The notes: a model not told the origin generated them from the letters alone. Positions 19,444 through 29,544 are shown, numbered from the stretch's first letter. The stretch: DNA of 64,000 nucleotides from a virus (IMGVR_UViG_3300018405_000014:52700-116699), one strand, 5' to 3'. Translations and numbers: made by a program.

Positions 19444-20577
19444 ATGACCAGCACGTTTGTCGACAAGTCTGGGCGTGGCGTCCTGCTGGCTGCCCTAAAT
19501 AAGGCAGCGGCTACTAAGGGTTATTCTTTTGCTCCGACTGATCTGAATTTCGGTCCAGTGGAAGCATCGAGCAACCCGGTACGCCAGAACCAAGTCATCT
19601 ACACCGCAGCCGCTGACAGTCAGTACGAAGGCAGCCAGGTTGCTTACTACAACCGCCTTGACCTGACGCAGCTGTTCGTCAATGCAGGCATTGTTAATGT
19701 CGAGCTCACCCAGGGCGCCGTCACCACCGGTGATGTTGTGGCTGCTCTGAATGCCCGTTTCGGTCTCGGCTTCAGTGCCGAAGACATCGATTTCAATGTT
19801 GCAGTCGATCCGGCTGCCACCTCTGTGATTCTGCAGGCCCTGGAAGGCTCCTACGGCTTCCAAGGTCAGCTGGAAATCCAGTTGGTGGAGGGTAGCGTCC
19901 CTTTAGCTGAAGTCGTCGTGGACCCGGTTCTCGACGGCCCTGAATACCCCGCTCCTGTTCCAGCGTATATTATCGATCCGGTGATCGTGACTGGTGAACT
20001 GACCCTCAAAGGTCAGAAGGCTGATGGCACCATGCTCAATGGCACTGGCAACCCATCGACCGAATTCACTGTCGCCACTAACGGTGAACTGGAACTGGCT
20101 GTCGGTGCCCGTATCTGGAAGTCGGCTGTCCTGCCGGTACCGGAGGCTGGCCATTACAACATCGAGATCGCTGAAAACAGCGATTGGAACTGGCCGTTCT
20201 CGGTGGCCCTGCTCAGCGAGAGCCGTCCGGTCACCGACCTGTACGATGTCGTCCTGTCGATCACGTCGCTTGAGACGGGTGTCGCCCTCCCATTCCAACT
20301 GGTTCGTGATGCTGAAGGCGTAATGCACTTCATCAACGAACAGCACGGGTTGGACATTTCCGACAGCGTAGTGACTGCCTCCGGTGATGTTGTGCAGAAC
20401 ATTCAGCGGGCTACCTTCTACAAGGCCCAGCTGGGTGAGATGACCACTAACACCCTGGGATCACCGATCGGTGACTTCCTGATCAGTCTGAATGCCGTTC
20501 GGCGTGAAGGCCTGGTACAGCCGCTGCAGGTCGAGATCAGCGTTAGCGTATCCGTGCCTGGTTCTGAGCCGGTATAA
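19444..20577 (+). CDS. Virion structural protein, YNRL paralog-family N-terminal domain plus extra C-terminal domain
   Basis: YEGSQVAYYNRLDL...ALNARFGL is shared with the 43.7-54.7 kb array. Confidence 0.7.
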   Translation: MTSTFVDKSGRGVLLAALNKAAATKGYSFAPTDLNFGPVEASSNPVRQNQVIYTAAADSQYEGSQVAYYNRLDLTQLFVNAGIVNVELTQGAVTTGDVVAALNARFGLGFSAEDIDFNVAVDPAATSVILQALEGSYGFQGQLEIQLVEGSVPLAEVVVDPVLDGPEYPAPVPAYIIDPVIVTGELTLKGQKADGTMLNGTGNPSTEFTVATNGELELAVGARIWKSAVLPVPEAGHYNIEIAENSDWNWPFSVALLSESRPVTDLYDVVLSITSLETGVALPFQLVRDAEGVMHFINEQHGLDISDSVVTASGDVVQNIQRATFYKAQLGEMTTNTLGSPIGDFLISLNAVRREGLVQPLQVEISVSVSVPGSEPV

Positions 20578-20599
20578 TTTGCCGAAGTGAGGAAGCGTC

Positions 20600-21076
20600 A
20601 TGGCCGATAACGTCCCGCAGGTGGTAACGATCGCCCAACTTCCTCCTCTCGAACCTGATCTGCTCTCAGGTGATGACAGCATTGAGATAACCATCAGCAC
20701 CCGTGCTGATGGTGGTGCCGGGATGCCCAAACGGACTTACCGCACCACTCTCAATGCTGTCTTGTCGATCTACGCCAAGCGCAGGGATAACCCTAACCAG
20801 GTTACCGCTGAGCAAGTCGGCAGCTACACCATCGAACAGATCAAGGCTCTCCTTGAGGAGAAGCTGGGCGTAACAGATATTGCCGTCAATTCTATGAGAC
20901 TTGACGGTAGAACTCGGCAAGAGATTGTCGAGGAAGCAAGACAAGGCACGGCTTCGAACTCGGAAAACCTGGCGGGGCGTCCGGCAACTGACTACCTTCT
21001 GGTCGATGAGTTTGAACATGCGTTGGTGGAAGTAACGAAAAGCATCGATGAGCTCACTGATCTCATCACCATTTAA
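20600..21076 (+). CDS. Tail-fibre-associated protein (NPxQVT motif)
   Basis: RRDNPNQVTAEQVG and NSxxLxG repeats. Confidence 0.65.
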   Translation: MADNVPQVVTIAQLPPLEPDLLSGDDSIEITISTRADGGAGMPKRTYRTTLNAVLSIYAKRRDNPNQVTAEQVGSYTIEQIKALLEEKLGVTDIAVNSMRLDGRTRQEIVEEARQGTASNSENLAGRPATDYLLVDEFEHALVEVTKSIDELTDLITI

Positions 21077-21097
21077 GACTTACCGTAAAGGTGAAAT

Positions 21098-22549
21098 ATG
21101 TCACTCGATCCTACCAAGTTGGCTCTACTGCTGGCTTCTCTTTCCAACTTCAGCACCACCATCAAGGGTCGTCTTGATGCCAAGCTGAACGCCATCGACA
21201 CTGCGGTCAACTCCGCGAAGCTCGAAGGCAAAACCCTGGCTGAGATCCAGTCGCTGATCGGCGACGACATCAATGCCGCTCTGGCCATCCTGGAAGCTGA
21301 CTTCGCTGCGTTCGTCGCCCGTCGCGACAACCCGCATCAGGTTACCGCCGAACAGGTCGGTCTGGGTCTGGTCGCCAACTACGCACCGGCTACTCTGGTA
21401 GAAGCCGCTGCTGGTCTGGCTTCCGACAAGTACATGACTCCGGCTGCCTCCAAGGCACTGCTGGACGCGTTCTGGGCCGACGTAGCAGGTACTGCTCCCG
21501 AAACCCTGAACACCATCAACGAACTGGCAGCCGCGCTGCAGAACAACCCTGACGTCATCGCTGCTCTGCAGACCCTGATCGACGCCAACGCCGCTGCGAT
21601 CGCCGCCGTCTCCACTCGTGTGGATGCGCTGGACGTTCACGCTGGCAAGACCTACGTCGAAGTCGGTGCCAACGTCGACACCAACACCCTCACCGTCGGT
21701 GAAGGCGTTGGTGCTCAGCAGGTCACTCTGGCCACCGTTCTGGCCGGCCTGAAGAGCGACATCGCTGCTGGTCAAGCTGCTCAGGTAGCCGAAGCCACTG
21801 CTCGTACCGATGCAGATGCTGCCCTGCAGACTGCCCTGGACGCCGAAGTCGTCGCTCGTGGCGACGCCGACACTGCCCTGGACACCAAGTTCACTGCCCT
21901 GACCGACGGTCTGGAACTGAACAAGGTCGACAAAGGCGGCAACATCGGCTCCAACACCCTGACCCAGGGTGTAGGCGAACTGGCTGCCGAGGTTACCCTC
22001 GACACGCTGGTTGCTCAACTGCAAGCTGCCAACGCTGGCGACGCAGCTGCCATCCAGGCCCTGCAGGATTCCTTCAACGCATTCGTAGCCGCCAAGGCCA
22101 CCAGCGCTGAAGTGATTGCCGGTATCGATGACGCCAAGTACGTCACCTCCCTGGGCGCCAAAGCAGCCATCGACGCTGCCGTAGCTGCTCTGGTTGGCGC
22201 CGCTCCTGAAACCCTGAACACCATCAACGAGCTGGCCACTGCTCTGCAGAACAACCCGGATGTGATCACTGCTCTGCAGGGTCTGGTTGCTCAGAACGCT
22301 CAGGCCATCGTTGACCTGAGTGCTGTGGTTGACACCAAGCTGAACATCCTCGACAAGGCCACTTCGGCTGACGTCCAGGCTGGTATCGATGATGTCAAGT
22401 ACGTGACCTCGGCTGCACTGAAGCCTAGCTTCGATGCACAGGCTCAGGCCATTGCTGGCAACACCGCGTCCATCGACGACCTGATGGCTCAGATGGCTGC
22501 AGCGTTCGACACTGCTGCTGCTGACCTGACTCCGGCTCCGGTTGTCTAA
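21098..22549 (+). CDS. Ala-rich tail fibre protein with internal duplications
   Basis: RRDNPHQVTAEQVGLG; APETLNTINELAxALQNNPDVI twice; KATSAxVxAGIDDxKYVTS twice. Confidence 0.75.
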   Translation: MSLDPTKLALLLASLSNFSTTIKGRLDAKLNAIDTAVNSAKLEGKTLAEIQSLIGDDINAALAILEADFAAFVARRDNPHQVTAEQVGLGLVANYAPATLVEAAAGLASDKYMTPAASKALLDAFWADVAGTAPETLNTINELAAALQNNPDVIAALQTLIDANAAAIAAVSTRVDALDVHAGKTYVEVGANVDTNTLTVGEGVGAQQVTLATVLAGLKSDIAAGQAAQVAEATARTDADAALQTALDAEVVARGDADTALDTKFTALTDGLELNKVDKGGNIGSNTLTQGVGELAAEVTLDTLVAQLQAANAGDAAAIQALQDSFNAFVAAKATSAEVIAGIDDAKYVTSLGAKAAIDAAVAALVGAAPETLNTINELATALQNNPDVITALQGLVAQNAQAIVDLSAVVDTKLNILDKATSADVQAGIDDVKYVTSAALKPSFDAQAQAIAGNTASIDDLMAQMAAAFDTAAADLTPAPVV

Positions 22550-22561
22550 GTAATACCCGCG

Positions 22562-22597
22562 ACATAGACGGAGGGGCAGTGCCCCTCCGTCTTTATG
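22562..22597. terminator. Hairpin terminator
   Basis: AGACGGAGGGGC-AGT-GCCCCTCCGTCT-TTATG. Confidence 0.75.
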
Positions 22598-22601
22598 TGC
22601 T

Positions 22602-23159
22602 TTACTGGAAATCTTCAATCGGTACGCCACGCACCTGACCCTCATCCGTTACCCGGATGATGCCTTCGTCTGTAATGCGTCGTACGGCTTCAGACCAGAA
22701 GATGTGGATGGTCTTACGGCCGATGTAGATGTAGGATGTGTCTTTGGCAAAGATCTCGATCTCAAGGAACTGCGCCAGCGAATCGAAGGGGTGATCGATA
22801 TCCACATCGAATTCACCATCGACCAGGTTGAACTTACCGTCCAAGTAACGGATCAGGGCTTCCTTACCGTCAATCAGGGGTGCCTTGGCAGCGTCAATTT
22901 CAAAGACCGGGTAGTGAGTCTCGATGTCAGCACGGGCATAGTAAAGATCGACATCGCCTTTGACGGGGCCGTTAACCTTACCACTGACCTTAATGACAGT
23001 GTTGTCACCGTGTTCATCCGGTTCAATGGCACGTGGTACCCCCACATCCAGATCACGAGAACTCAAGCGGATGCGGTTGGTTCTGAAGATCAGGGCAAAG
23101 AGGTTCTCGAGCGCCGTTTTATCTGGGTCGAAGTGAAAGTCTTTCGTTTTACAAACCAT
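22602..23159 (-). CDS. Virion structural protein, YNRL paralog family
   Basis: NTVIKV...KGDVDLYYARADI...SYIYIG. Confidence 0.6.
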   Translation of the reverse strand: MVCKTKDFHFDPDKTALENLFALIFRTNRIRLSSRDLDVGVPRAIEPDEHGDNTVIKVSGKVNGPVKGDVDLYYARADIETHYPVFEIDAAKAPLIDGKEALIRYLDGKFNLVDGEFDVDIDHPFDSLAQFLEIEIFAKDTSYIYIGRKTIHIFWSEAVRRITDEGIIRVTDEGQVRGVPIEDFQ

Positions 23160-23191
23160 GACGACCTCTGATAGGCGTTAAAGGAGTGGGT

Positions 23192-23557
23192 TCATAGTAT
23201 TTCACCCTTGTAATTCAGGTGGTACCCGTTGTCATCGGCTATCTGTCTCATGTATCGGATAAAGAGATGCCGGTGACAGAACTTACCTGCAGTGCAGTAA
23301 CAAGCCACAGCTAATGGACCCGTTCGCTCAAGGAAGCCCTGGAAGTCCTCAGGAGCCTCTCTAAAGCGCTCTGTAAGCTTCTTTAGGTAGATCTCGGTAT
23401 ATTGGTCGTCTGTAACTTCACCGCGCTTGTATGCGTACAGGACGTCCTTGTAGGGAGCGAAGGGTTCAAAGCCTGATTTGACTGTGATGTCGAATAACTC
23501 AATGCCTCTGTCGCGGGCTTTCCGCCACTGTGGTATCGCGATCGTATAAACGTCCAT
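23192..23557 (-). CDS. DUF488-like protein
   Basis: DITVKSG..FAP, Y...Y, ACYC....FCHRH. Confidence 0.65.
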   Translation of the reverse strand: MDVYTIAIPQWRKARDRGIELFDITVKSGFEPFAPYKDVLYAYKRGEVTDDQYTEIYLKKLTERFREAPEDFQGFLERTGPLAVACYCTAGKFCHRHLFIRYMRQIADDNGYHLNYKGEIL

Positions 23558-23609
23558 GCTCGTCTCCGAAGATTGTCATACCCTACCCTGGGTTATTTTG
23601 AAATCACAG

Positions 23610-24045
23610 CAAAACAAAAAAAGAAATAAAGTACTTCCCCCAGTGATCAGCCCAATCGTTCGAAAGGACGGATCACTGGAGGCTGCACTTTATGTCTGAA
23701 TCGGAGAAGGAGCGGACCCCAATCCAGACACCACAGGCAGGGAGAAAGCCGGAAAACCCCCCGACTGTGTTTCTTTGCAGCGGTGTGGAGCAACGACGCT
23801 CTACACACCATCGTTTACCACCTTCCCTTGGCCTGGAAGGCGGAACCACAATCACCTGAGCTATCACGACAAGTTCACTCAGGGCAACGAACAGGGACGT
23901 GAGGTGGGATTATCCCACCTCACGAAGGTGCACCACGACTAAGGGGGTAGTCAGGTACTGGGCTAGGGAAAAAGTACCCCAGCAGGCTCTACGCAGTGAA
24001 GCGCATCAGGTTGACCATGCTTTAAATGCATAGTCTGACATACTA
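23610..24045 (-). ncRNA. Candidate structured non-coding RNA (~430 nt)
   Basis: ORF-free; about 9 consecutive hairpins; G-U pairs form only on the minus strand; TATAGTATG at the 5' end and hairpin plus U-run at the 3' end. Confidence 0.6.
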
Positions 24046-24072
24046 TACCGTAAAACAGTACAAGTATTTCAG

Positions 24073-25614
24073 TTACACCCCAAGGAGGATACCGAGTGAG
24101 AGAAGATTGGCTTGCCCATCACGCAGCGAGGCACCGATCCACGTCTGATAATGACGTGCCAATACTTCAGCAGCATGCGGGGTCATCAGGTCAGTGGAGA
24201 ACACGAAATCGACCGCTTGGTCGTTTTCAGCGATAGCCTGACCTTCGGGGGTGAGCATACCGTGATCGCCAAGGAAGCGAAGGATCTGTGTGTGGATACC
24301 ACGGACTTCGGCGGCTTGTTCGCCGTACGCTTCGGCATCCCAGACCATGGGTTCGACCAGAGATTCGTTGGAATTGGTTTCACCGTCTTCCTCCTCCTCT
24401 TCAAGGTCTTCGTCTTCTTCCTGCTCTTCGGATTCAGGCTCCTCTTCCTCTTCGACTTCGGTTTCAATAGCGTCTTCGTCGATCGTGTCGGCGTTGGCTA
24501 CTTCTTCCTCTTCGTTATCGAAGTCGTCACCTTCCTCTTCTTCCTCAGGGAGCTCTTCCTCCTCTTCGGGAAGCTCCTCTTCTTCGACTTCTTCAGGGAG
24601 TTCTTCTTCCTGCTCGTCGTCGAGGTCGGTTTCTTCCTCTTCTTCAGACGCCTCTTCAAGATCGGGGTCTTCTTCAAGAGGTGCTTCTTCCTCTTGTTCC
24701 TGATCATCCTCGTTCGGGACGAGTTCCATTTCGTCATCGGTCATGGAAGTGTCGTCCATAACATCGTTCTGCTCGTCGTCAGACTCGGACTCGTCGAGCG
24801 TTTCTTCTTGCTCTTCGTCGTCCTTGGGTTCAGCATCCGACTGGATGCTGTTGACAGAGGTGCCTTCCTCGAACTGGATACCGACCGGGTTGTCCTGGCG
24901 ATGCTTTTCGATCAGATCGCCCAGCTTGTCCGCTTCGTCGCTGCCGACAGCCTGAGCGTCTGCGCGAATGGCTTCAGCCTGCTCAAGCACAGACTCATGG
25001 GCCTTGGTCACCAACTGTTCGATGCGATCAACGGCATCGCTCATTTCACCGAGGACTTGCGTCTGTTCCAACGATTCCATCGACACACCGAGCTTGTCAG
25101 CATACGAGCCAAAGCAGCGGGTGACGCTTTGAAGCAGAGGTGTGGCGGCCGCTACCGGGAAGGATTCCATCGATAGGACCGAGCGAATGGCACCAATGTA
25201 GTTACGATGGATAGCCAGCATCTCCATCGACAGGATCAGTTCTTCCTGCGAGGCGTGAGTGGCGCGTTCGCTGGTATGGAAAGCTACAGGTTCTTCTGCA
25301 TCGGCCTTGGCTTGCAGAGCGTCTTCGATCTGCTCGACTTCGGTCAGACGAGGGGTCAGGACATCCTGCATGATCAGCTCGACCCGGACCTGTGGTTCTT
25401 CAACACCGTCAACGGCTACGAGGTCCTGTTGGTGGTCTGCTTGCTCAAGAACATTCTCGGCCAACACCTGGAAGGCGGTTGCAGAGGCATCTTCCATCGA
25501 CGGACTGCTGAGCAGGGCACGCCCTACACTCATCAGGCTTTCCAGGCTGGTGCGGTAGTTCTGGGCTTCGTTAAGCATGACGGCTGCAGTCGGTTTGCTT
25601 GCGGTGTGGCTCAT
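24073..25614 (-). CDS. Highly acidic internal head/scaffold-like protein
   Basis: At least 5 SLE/SME motifs and a long E/D tract. Confidence 0.7.
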   Translation of the reverse strand: MSHTASKPTAAVMLNEAQNYRTSLESLMSVGRALLSSPSMEDASATAFQVLAENVLEQADHQQDLVAVDGVEEPQVRVELIMQDVLTPRLTEVEQIEDALQAKADAEEPVAFHTSERATHASQEELILSMEMLAIHRNYIGAIRSVLSMESFPVAAATPLLQSVTRCFGSYADKLGVSMESLEQTQVLGEMSDAVDRIEQLVTKAHESVLEQAEAIRADAQAVGSDEADKLGDLIEKHRQDNPVGIQFEEGTSVNSIQSDAEPKDDEEQEETLDESESDDEQNDVMDDTSMTDDEMELVPNEDDQEQEEEAPLEEDPDLEEASEEEEETDLDDEQEEELPEEVEEEELPEEEEELPEEEEEGDDFDNEEEEVANADTIDEDAIETEVEEEEEPESEEQEEDEDLEEEEEDGETNSNESLVEPMVWDAEAYGEQAAEVRGIHTQILRFLGDHGMLTPEGQAIAENDQAVDFVFSTDLMTPHAAEVLARHYQTWIGASLRDGQANLLSLGILLGV

Positions 25615-25663
25615 TCTATGAATCCTCTTCCATTATACTCCTAGTTAAAAGGAATATTTTCAA

Positions 25664-28600
25664 ATGTACGCCAATTTCTCGCGTCTGTTAGGGTTGATCT
25701 CCGTGAAGGAGACCGGCTCTCACATTATAGTCAATGGAATACCTGGGCTCAGGTTCTCTAAAGACGTATACAATCACTGGAAAACTAGCAAGTTGAACAA
25801 CAACATGTTCACTGCTATTTCGCGAAGTGGCGTAAAGTTTCCCAAGTTCTACGCCATCGAAGTTCTGTACATGTTGGATCAACTGATCCAATCCCGTCGG
25901 ACGTATGTGGGTCGGCGGACGCTACAGCGTGTACGCGATGAGTTGATTGCTGGCACGTGGCTGCGCAACATAGGTCTGGGTGATTTCACCTCCAGGCTTA
26001 ACATGTCGGCACTGAAGGACTTGACAGTCACATTATTTCCCCATCAAATTAACTTTTTACAGCATTACGACAGAGCTACGTTTGAATACTCGCTCAATGG
26101 AATGTTGATGGACGCGGCAGCAGGATCGGGTAAGGCTCAGCCTCTTGACGCTAAAATCAAGGTACCTGGTGGTTGGGCCACTATGGGTGACATGCGCGTG
26201 GGGAGTCAGGTGATTGCGCCGGACGGTACGACCGTCAATGTGTCGGGTGTTTATCCTCAAGGTGTAAAAGACATCTATGAAATTGAGTTCGTCGATGGGC
26301 GGAAAACCAGGGCGTGTGGTGAGCATCTCTGGGAATGTCACGACGGAAGGCAGAGTAATGTTTCCCGTCAGTGGGATGTCCGATCGACGTTGCGTATGAA
26401 AGAGATTTTAGAATCTCGCGGTGGTAATCGACTGTACGTTCCTCTCATCACTCCAGATGAAGGTACAGAGGTACAATACCCACTTGACCCGTATGTGCTG
26501 GGTGCGTTATTGGGCGACGGTGGTCTTCGATACCATGTTGCCTTTTGTACTCCAGATGCCGAGGTACTGGAGAATGTCCGTAATGCCTTACCAGACACCG
26601 TGGAATTCAAACGTATAACTGAAATCGACTACAGCATTGTGGGTGTTGAGCGCGGCGACAATGTACTGAGACGGATAGTTAGAGAACTTGGATTATTTGG
26701 TAAGTATTCTCACGAAAAACATATTCCTAGTGAGTATCTCCAGGGTTCCCGGACACAACGCCTGAGTCTTCTTCAAGGCCTCATGGACACCGATGGAACT
26801 TCGGATCAGCAAGGGACCGTCTCATTTTGCTCCAGTAGTAAGCAATTGGCGGAAGGTGTGCAGTATCTGGTTCGCAGTCTGGGTGGTATCGCCAGGATCG
26901 CTGTTCGGAAACCGACTTATACTTACAACGGCGAGACGCGAAATGGCCGCCCTGCATATCAAGTCAACATTCGTCACTCCAAACCATCCGAACTGTTCAG
27001 GTTAAAACGCAAACAGGAACGTTGTAAAGACGATGGACAGTATGCTGCAACGCTCAAACTACGTGTTAAGTCAATCAAGCTCGTCGGTCAGGAAGAGGCG
27101 CAATGTATCAGGGTGGATCATCCGAAACACCTGTACATCACCGATGACTTCATTGTCACCCATAACACGATCTCGCAATACGCCACGGCCCATTGCTTGG
27201 GGGCTGACACCTCAGTGCTCGTTGTACCGAAGAACTCTGTGTTTGACGTCTGGGTCAAAACCATCAAGGTACTCTTCAAGCAGACGCCAGAGTACTGGCA
27301 CAGCCTGAGTGGAGAGGAATTGACTCTGGGCAAGAAGTACTACATCGTCCACTACGATTATCTGGAGAAGTTCGTGGCCTTCGTCGGGGCTAACAAAGGC
27401 AGCTTCGGCAAGGTCTACGTAGGGATCGACGAATCGCACAACTTCAACGAGCAGTCCAACCGGACCAACCTGCTGATCCAGCTCTGCCAGACCCTCAAGG
27501 CTCGAGATGTGATCCATGCATCGGGTACGCCATTCAAGGCCATGGGTTCTGAAGCCATCACCCTGCTGGCGACGATCTGTAATGACTTCACCCCTGAAGT
27601 ACAAGGGTCCTTCCGTAAGATCTTTGGCAAGGAGGCTAAGCGGGCGATTGAGATCTTGGCTAATCGAATCGGTATTGTCTCCTTCAAGGTGGTGAAAGCT
27701 GACATCGAGACGCCGGGTGTGGATTACCATGAGATCAAGGTACCGATGAACAACTCATCGGAATATACCTTGACCAGTGTCCGCGAAAAGATGAGCAAGT
27801 TTATCGATGAGCGTTTGGCCTTCTACCGAAAGGGGATGCCGGAGTATGAAAAACTCTACGCGACGTGCATGGACCTTCACGGGCAGACTGTAAAGGGCGG
27901 AATGGCCTCCGCAGCGTTCTCCGAATACCGACGTGGCGTGGCTCAACTTCGCAAGGGGTATGATCCAGTTACCATGAAGGATCTGGTGATGTACTGTAAC
28001 CGGTACGAGCTGAAGACCATTGTTCCCTCGCTACCTGAACGGTACCGCAAACCGTTCTTGAATGTCCGTGCCATCATCAAGTACGTTGACCTCAAGGTCA
28101 TGGGTGAGGCGTTATCTCAGGTATTGGGGCGCCTGCGCATCCAGTGTCACTTGGACATGCTACCCAACATGCCCTTGGATGAGATCATCGACAACGCGAC
28201 CACCAAAACGGTGATCTTCACCAGTTACGTGGAAGTGGTCAAGGAGCTTGAGAGCCTGCTGACGAAGGCGGGGTATAAACCCATGCTGGTGTACGGGGAG
28301 ACCAACAAGGACTTGCCGAACATCGTCAAGCGGTTTGAGAATGACGACGACATCAACCCTCTGGTGGCAACCTTCAAGTCCCTGTCGACAGCTGTACCGT
28401 TGACCATGGCCAACACAGTGGTGTTCACCAATGCCCCGTTCCGTGATTACGAACGGACGCAGACCATTGCCCGTGTTGACCGAATTGGACAGAAACATCG
28501 CTGCCATGTATACGAGACGTATCTCGATACCGGTGCAGAGCCGAACATCTCGACGCGCTCTAAGGACATCATGGCGTGGAGTAAATCTCAAGTCGAGGCT

Positions 28601-29506
28601 ATCCTCGGGGTCAGTGCTCCGGATGATCTGGAGACTTCGTTGGAGTCTTTGGTGGAGAACCCTAGTGCGACCTTGCCCGATGCTGAAGGTTTCATGGCAC
28701 GTTTGCAACAAGAGCTGCCAATCGACGTGGTCGAGGATGATGTGAGTATGGAGGGTCTATTTAGCAATGCCCCATCCGCAAACATCCATAAGACGGAAGC
28801 CGTTCTGGCAAAATTGAAGGAGACGTATCTTAATTCGTCTTGGAGGTCAAAGCAGAAGTTCAAGGAAGGCAAGCTTCGGCTTGAAAACAGTCACCTGACC
28901 GAGATCGCCAGAGTCAATCAGACCAAGCAGGTCATGGACAAATGGGTGGATGCAGTCAGAACCCGTAGTTCGAGCCTGGCCAGAACAGTCAGTGACTTCT
29001 CCAAGGGCTGGAAAGACCCCAGTAAGGTAGAGCGTTGGGCAGACGGAATCGAGACTGACACTCTGCACGGGGCTCGCAGTAAGCAGACAGTCACTGTCAT
29101 CCGGCTGGCCGACAAAATACCGACGATGAATGGTTACATCATCGGTGGTGTCGGCACTACGACTTATCTGAGCACCGATAAAGAGGTTCTTGACGCTGCT
29201 AAGCGGCTCGAAGCTCTGCTGGATCACGATGTCGTTTGGATTGACGAACTGCTCGATAAGGAGTTTTCTCACAAGAGATTTGGAGAGTTCCATCGTGGGG
29301 CCGACCACACTACCTTGCTCGATGAAATCTCCAGCAGCGATCTCTCACATGCCGAGGATGCCATAATGGTATACAGGGCGATCAAAAACACCATGAAGAA
29401 GGAAGAAGCTGACTTCGTTAACTCACCTGAGGCCAAGTTGTTTAAGGACCATCACAGTGCGATGTACAAAGCGCTGTGGGCACAGCTAACGAAATCCACC
29501 AAATAA
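25664..29506 (+). CDS. SF2 (SNF2/DExH) helicase with intein and C-terminal head-protein-like extension
   Basis: AAGSGK|T Walker A, IDESH, ASGTP, VIFTSY, QTIARVDRIGQ. Confidence 0.85.
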   Translation: MYANFSRLLGLISVKETGSHIIVNGIPGLRFSKDVYNHWKTSKLNNNMFTAISRSGVKFPKFYAIEVLYMLDQLIQSRRTYVGRRTLQRVRDELIAGTWLRNIGLGDFTSRLNMSALKDLTVTLFPHQINFLQHYDRATFEYSLNGMLMDAAAGSGKAQPLDAKIKVPGGWATMGDMRVGSQVIAPDGTTVNVSGVYPQGVKDIYEIEFVDGRKTRACGEHLWECHDGRQSNVSRQWDVRSTLRMKEILESRGGNRLYVPLITPDEGTEVQYPLDPYVLGALLGDGGLRYHVAFCTPDAEVLENVRNALPDTVEFKRITEIDYSIVGVERGDNVLRRIVRELGLFGKYSHEKHIPSEYLQGSRTQRLSLLQGLMDTDGTSDQQGTVSFCSSSKQLAEGVQYLVRSLGGIARIAVRKPTYTYNGETRNGRPAYQVNIRHSKPSELFRLKRKQERCKDDGQYAATLKLRVKSIKLVGQEEAQCIRVDHPKHLYITDDFIVTHNTISQYATAHCLGADTSVLVVPKNSVFDVWVKTIKVLFKQTPEYWHSLSGEELTLGKKYYIVHYDYLEKFVAFVGANKGSFGKVYVGIDESHNFNEQSNRTNLLIQLCQTLKARDVIHASGTPFKAMGSEAITLLATICNDFTPEVQGSFRKIFGKEAKRAIEILANRIGIVSFKVVKADIETPGVDYHEIKVPMNNSSEYTLTSVREKMSKFIDERLAFYRKGMPEYEKLYATCMDLHGQTVKGGMASAAFSEYRRGVAQLRKGYDPVTMKDLVMYCNRYELKTIVPSLPERYRKPFLNVRAIIKYVDLKVMGEALSQVLGRLRIQCHLDMLPNMPLDEIIDNATTKTVIFTSYVEVVKELESLLTKAGYKPMLVYGETNKDLPNIVKRFENDDDINPLVATFKSLSTAVPLTMANTVVFTNAPFRDYERTQTIARVDRIGQKHRCHVYETYLDTGAEPNISTRSKDIMAWSKSQVEAILGVSAPDDLETSLESLVENPSATLPDAEGFMARLQQELPIDVVEDDVSMEGLFSNAPSANIHKTEAVLAKLKETYLNSSWRSKQKFKEGKLRLENSHLTEIARVNQTKQVMDKWVDAVRTRSSSLARTVSDFSKGWKDPSKVERWADGIETDTLHGARSKQTVTVIRLADKIPTMNGYIIGGVGTTTYLSTDKEVLDAAKRLEALLDHDVVWIDELLDKEFSHKRFGEFHRGADHTTLLDEISSSDLSHAEDAIMVYRAIKNTMKKEEADFVNSPEAKLFKDHHSAMYKALWAQLTKSTK
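26135..27166 (+). mobile_element. Class-3 (Ala1) intein with LAGLIDADG homing endonuclease, 344 aa
   Basis: AQPLDAK start; EHLW (block B Trp), AQCIRV (block F Cys), VTHN|T end; LGALLGDG and LQGLMDTDG. Confidence 0.9.
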
Positions 29507-29544
29507 GTAATTGATGGGAGTCTAGGCTCCCTTAAGGAACTGTT

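Noticed and set aside
21125-22645. 506-aa minus-strand ORF
   Set aside because: Antisense shadow of the tail fibre gene
23673-23867. 64-aa ORF inside the structured region
   Set aside because: No convincing RBS or phage-like codon usage; the structure is better explained as RNA
23610-24045. tRNA, tmRNA, RNase P or CRISPR interpretation
   Set aside because: No cloverleaf, T-loop or CCA end, no RNase P P4 motif, and no repeat-spacer periodicity
24112-25176. Phe/Leu-rich and poly-Ser plus-strand ORFs
   Set aside because: Reverse complement of the Glu-rich tract
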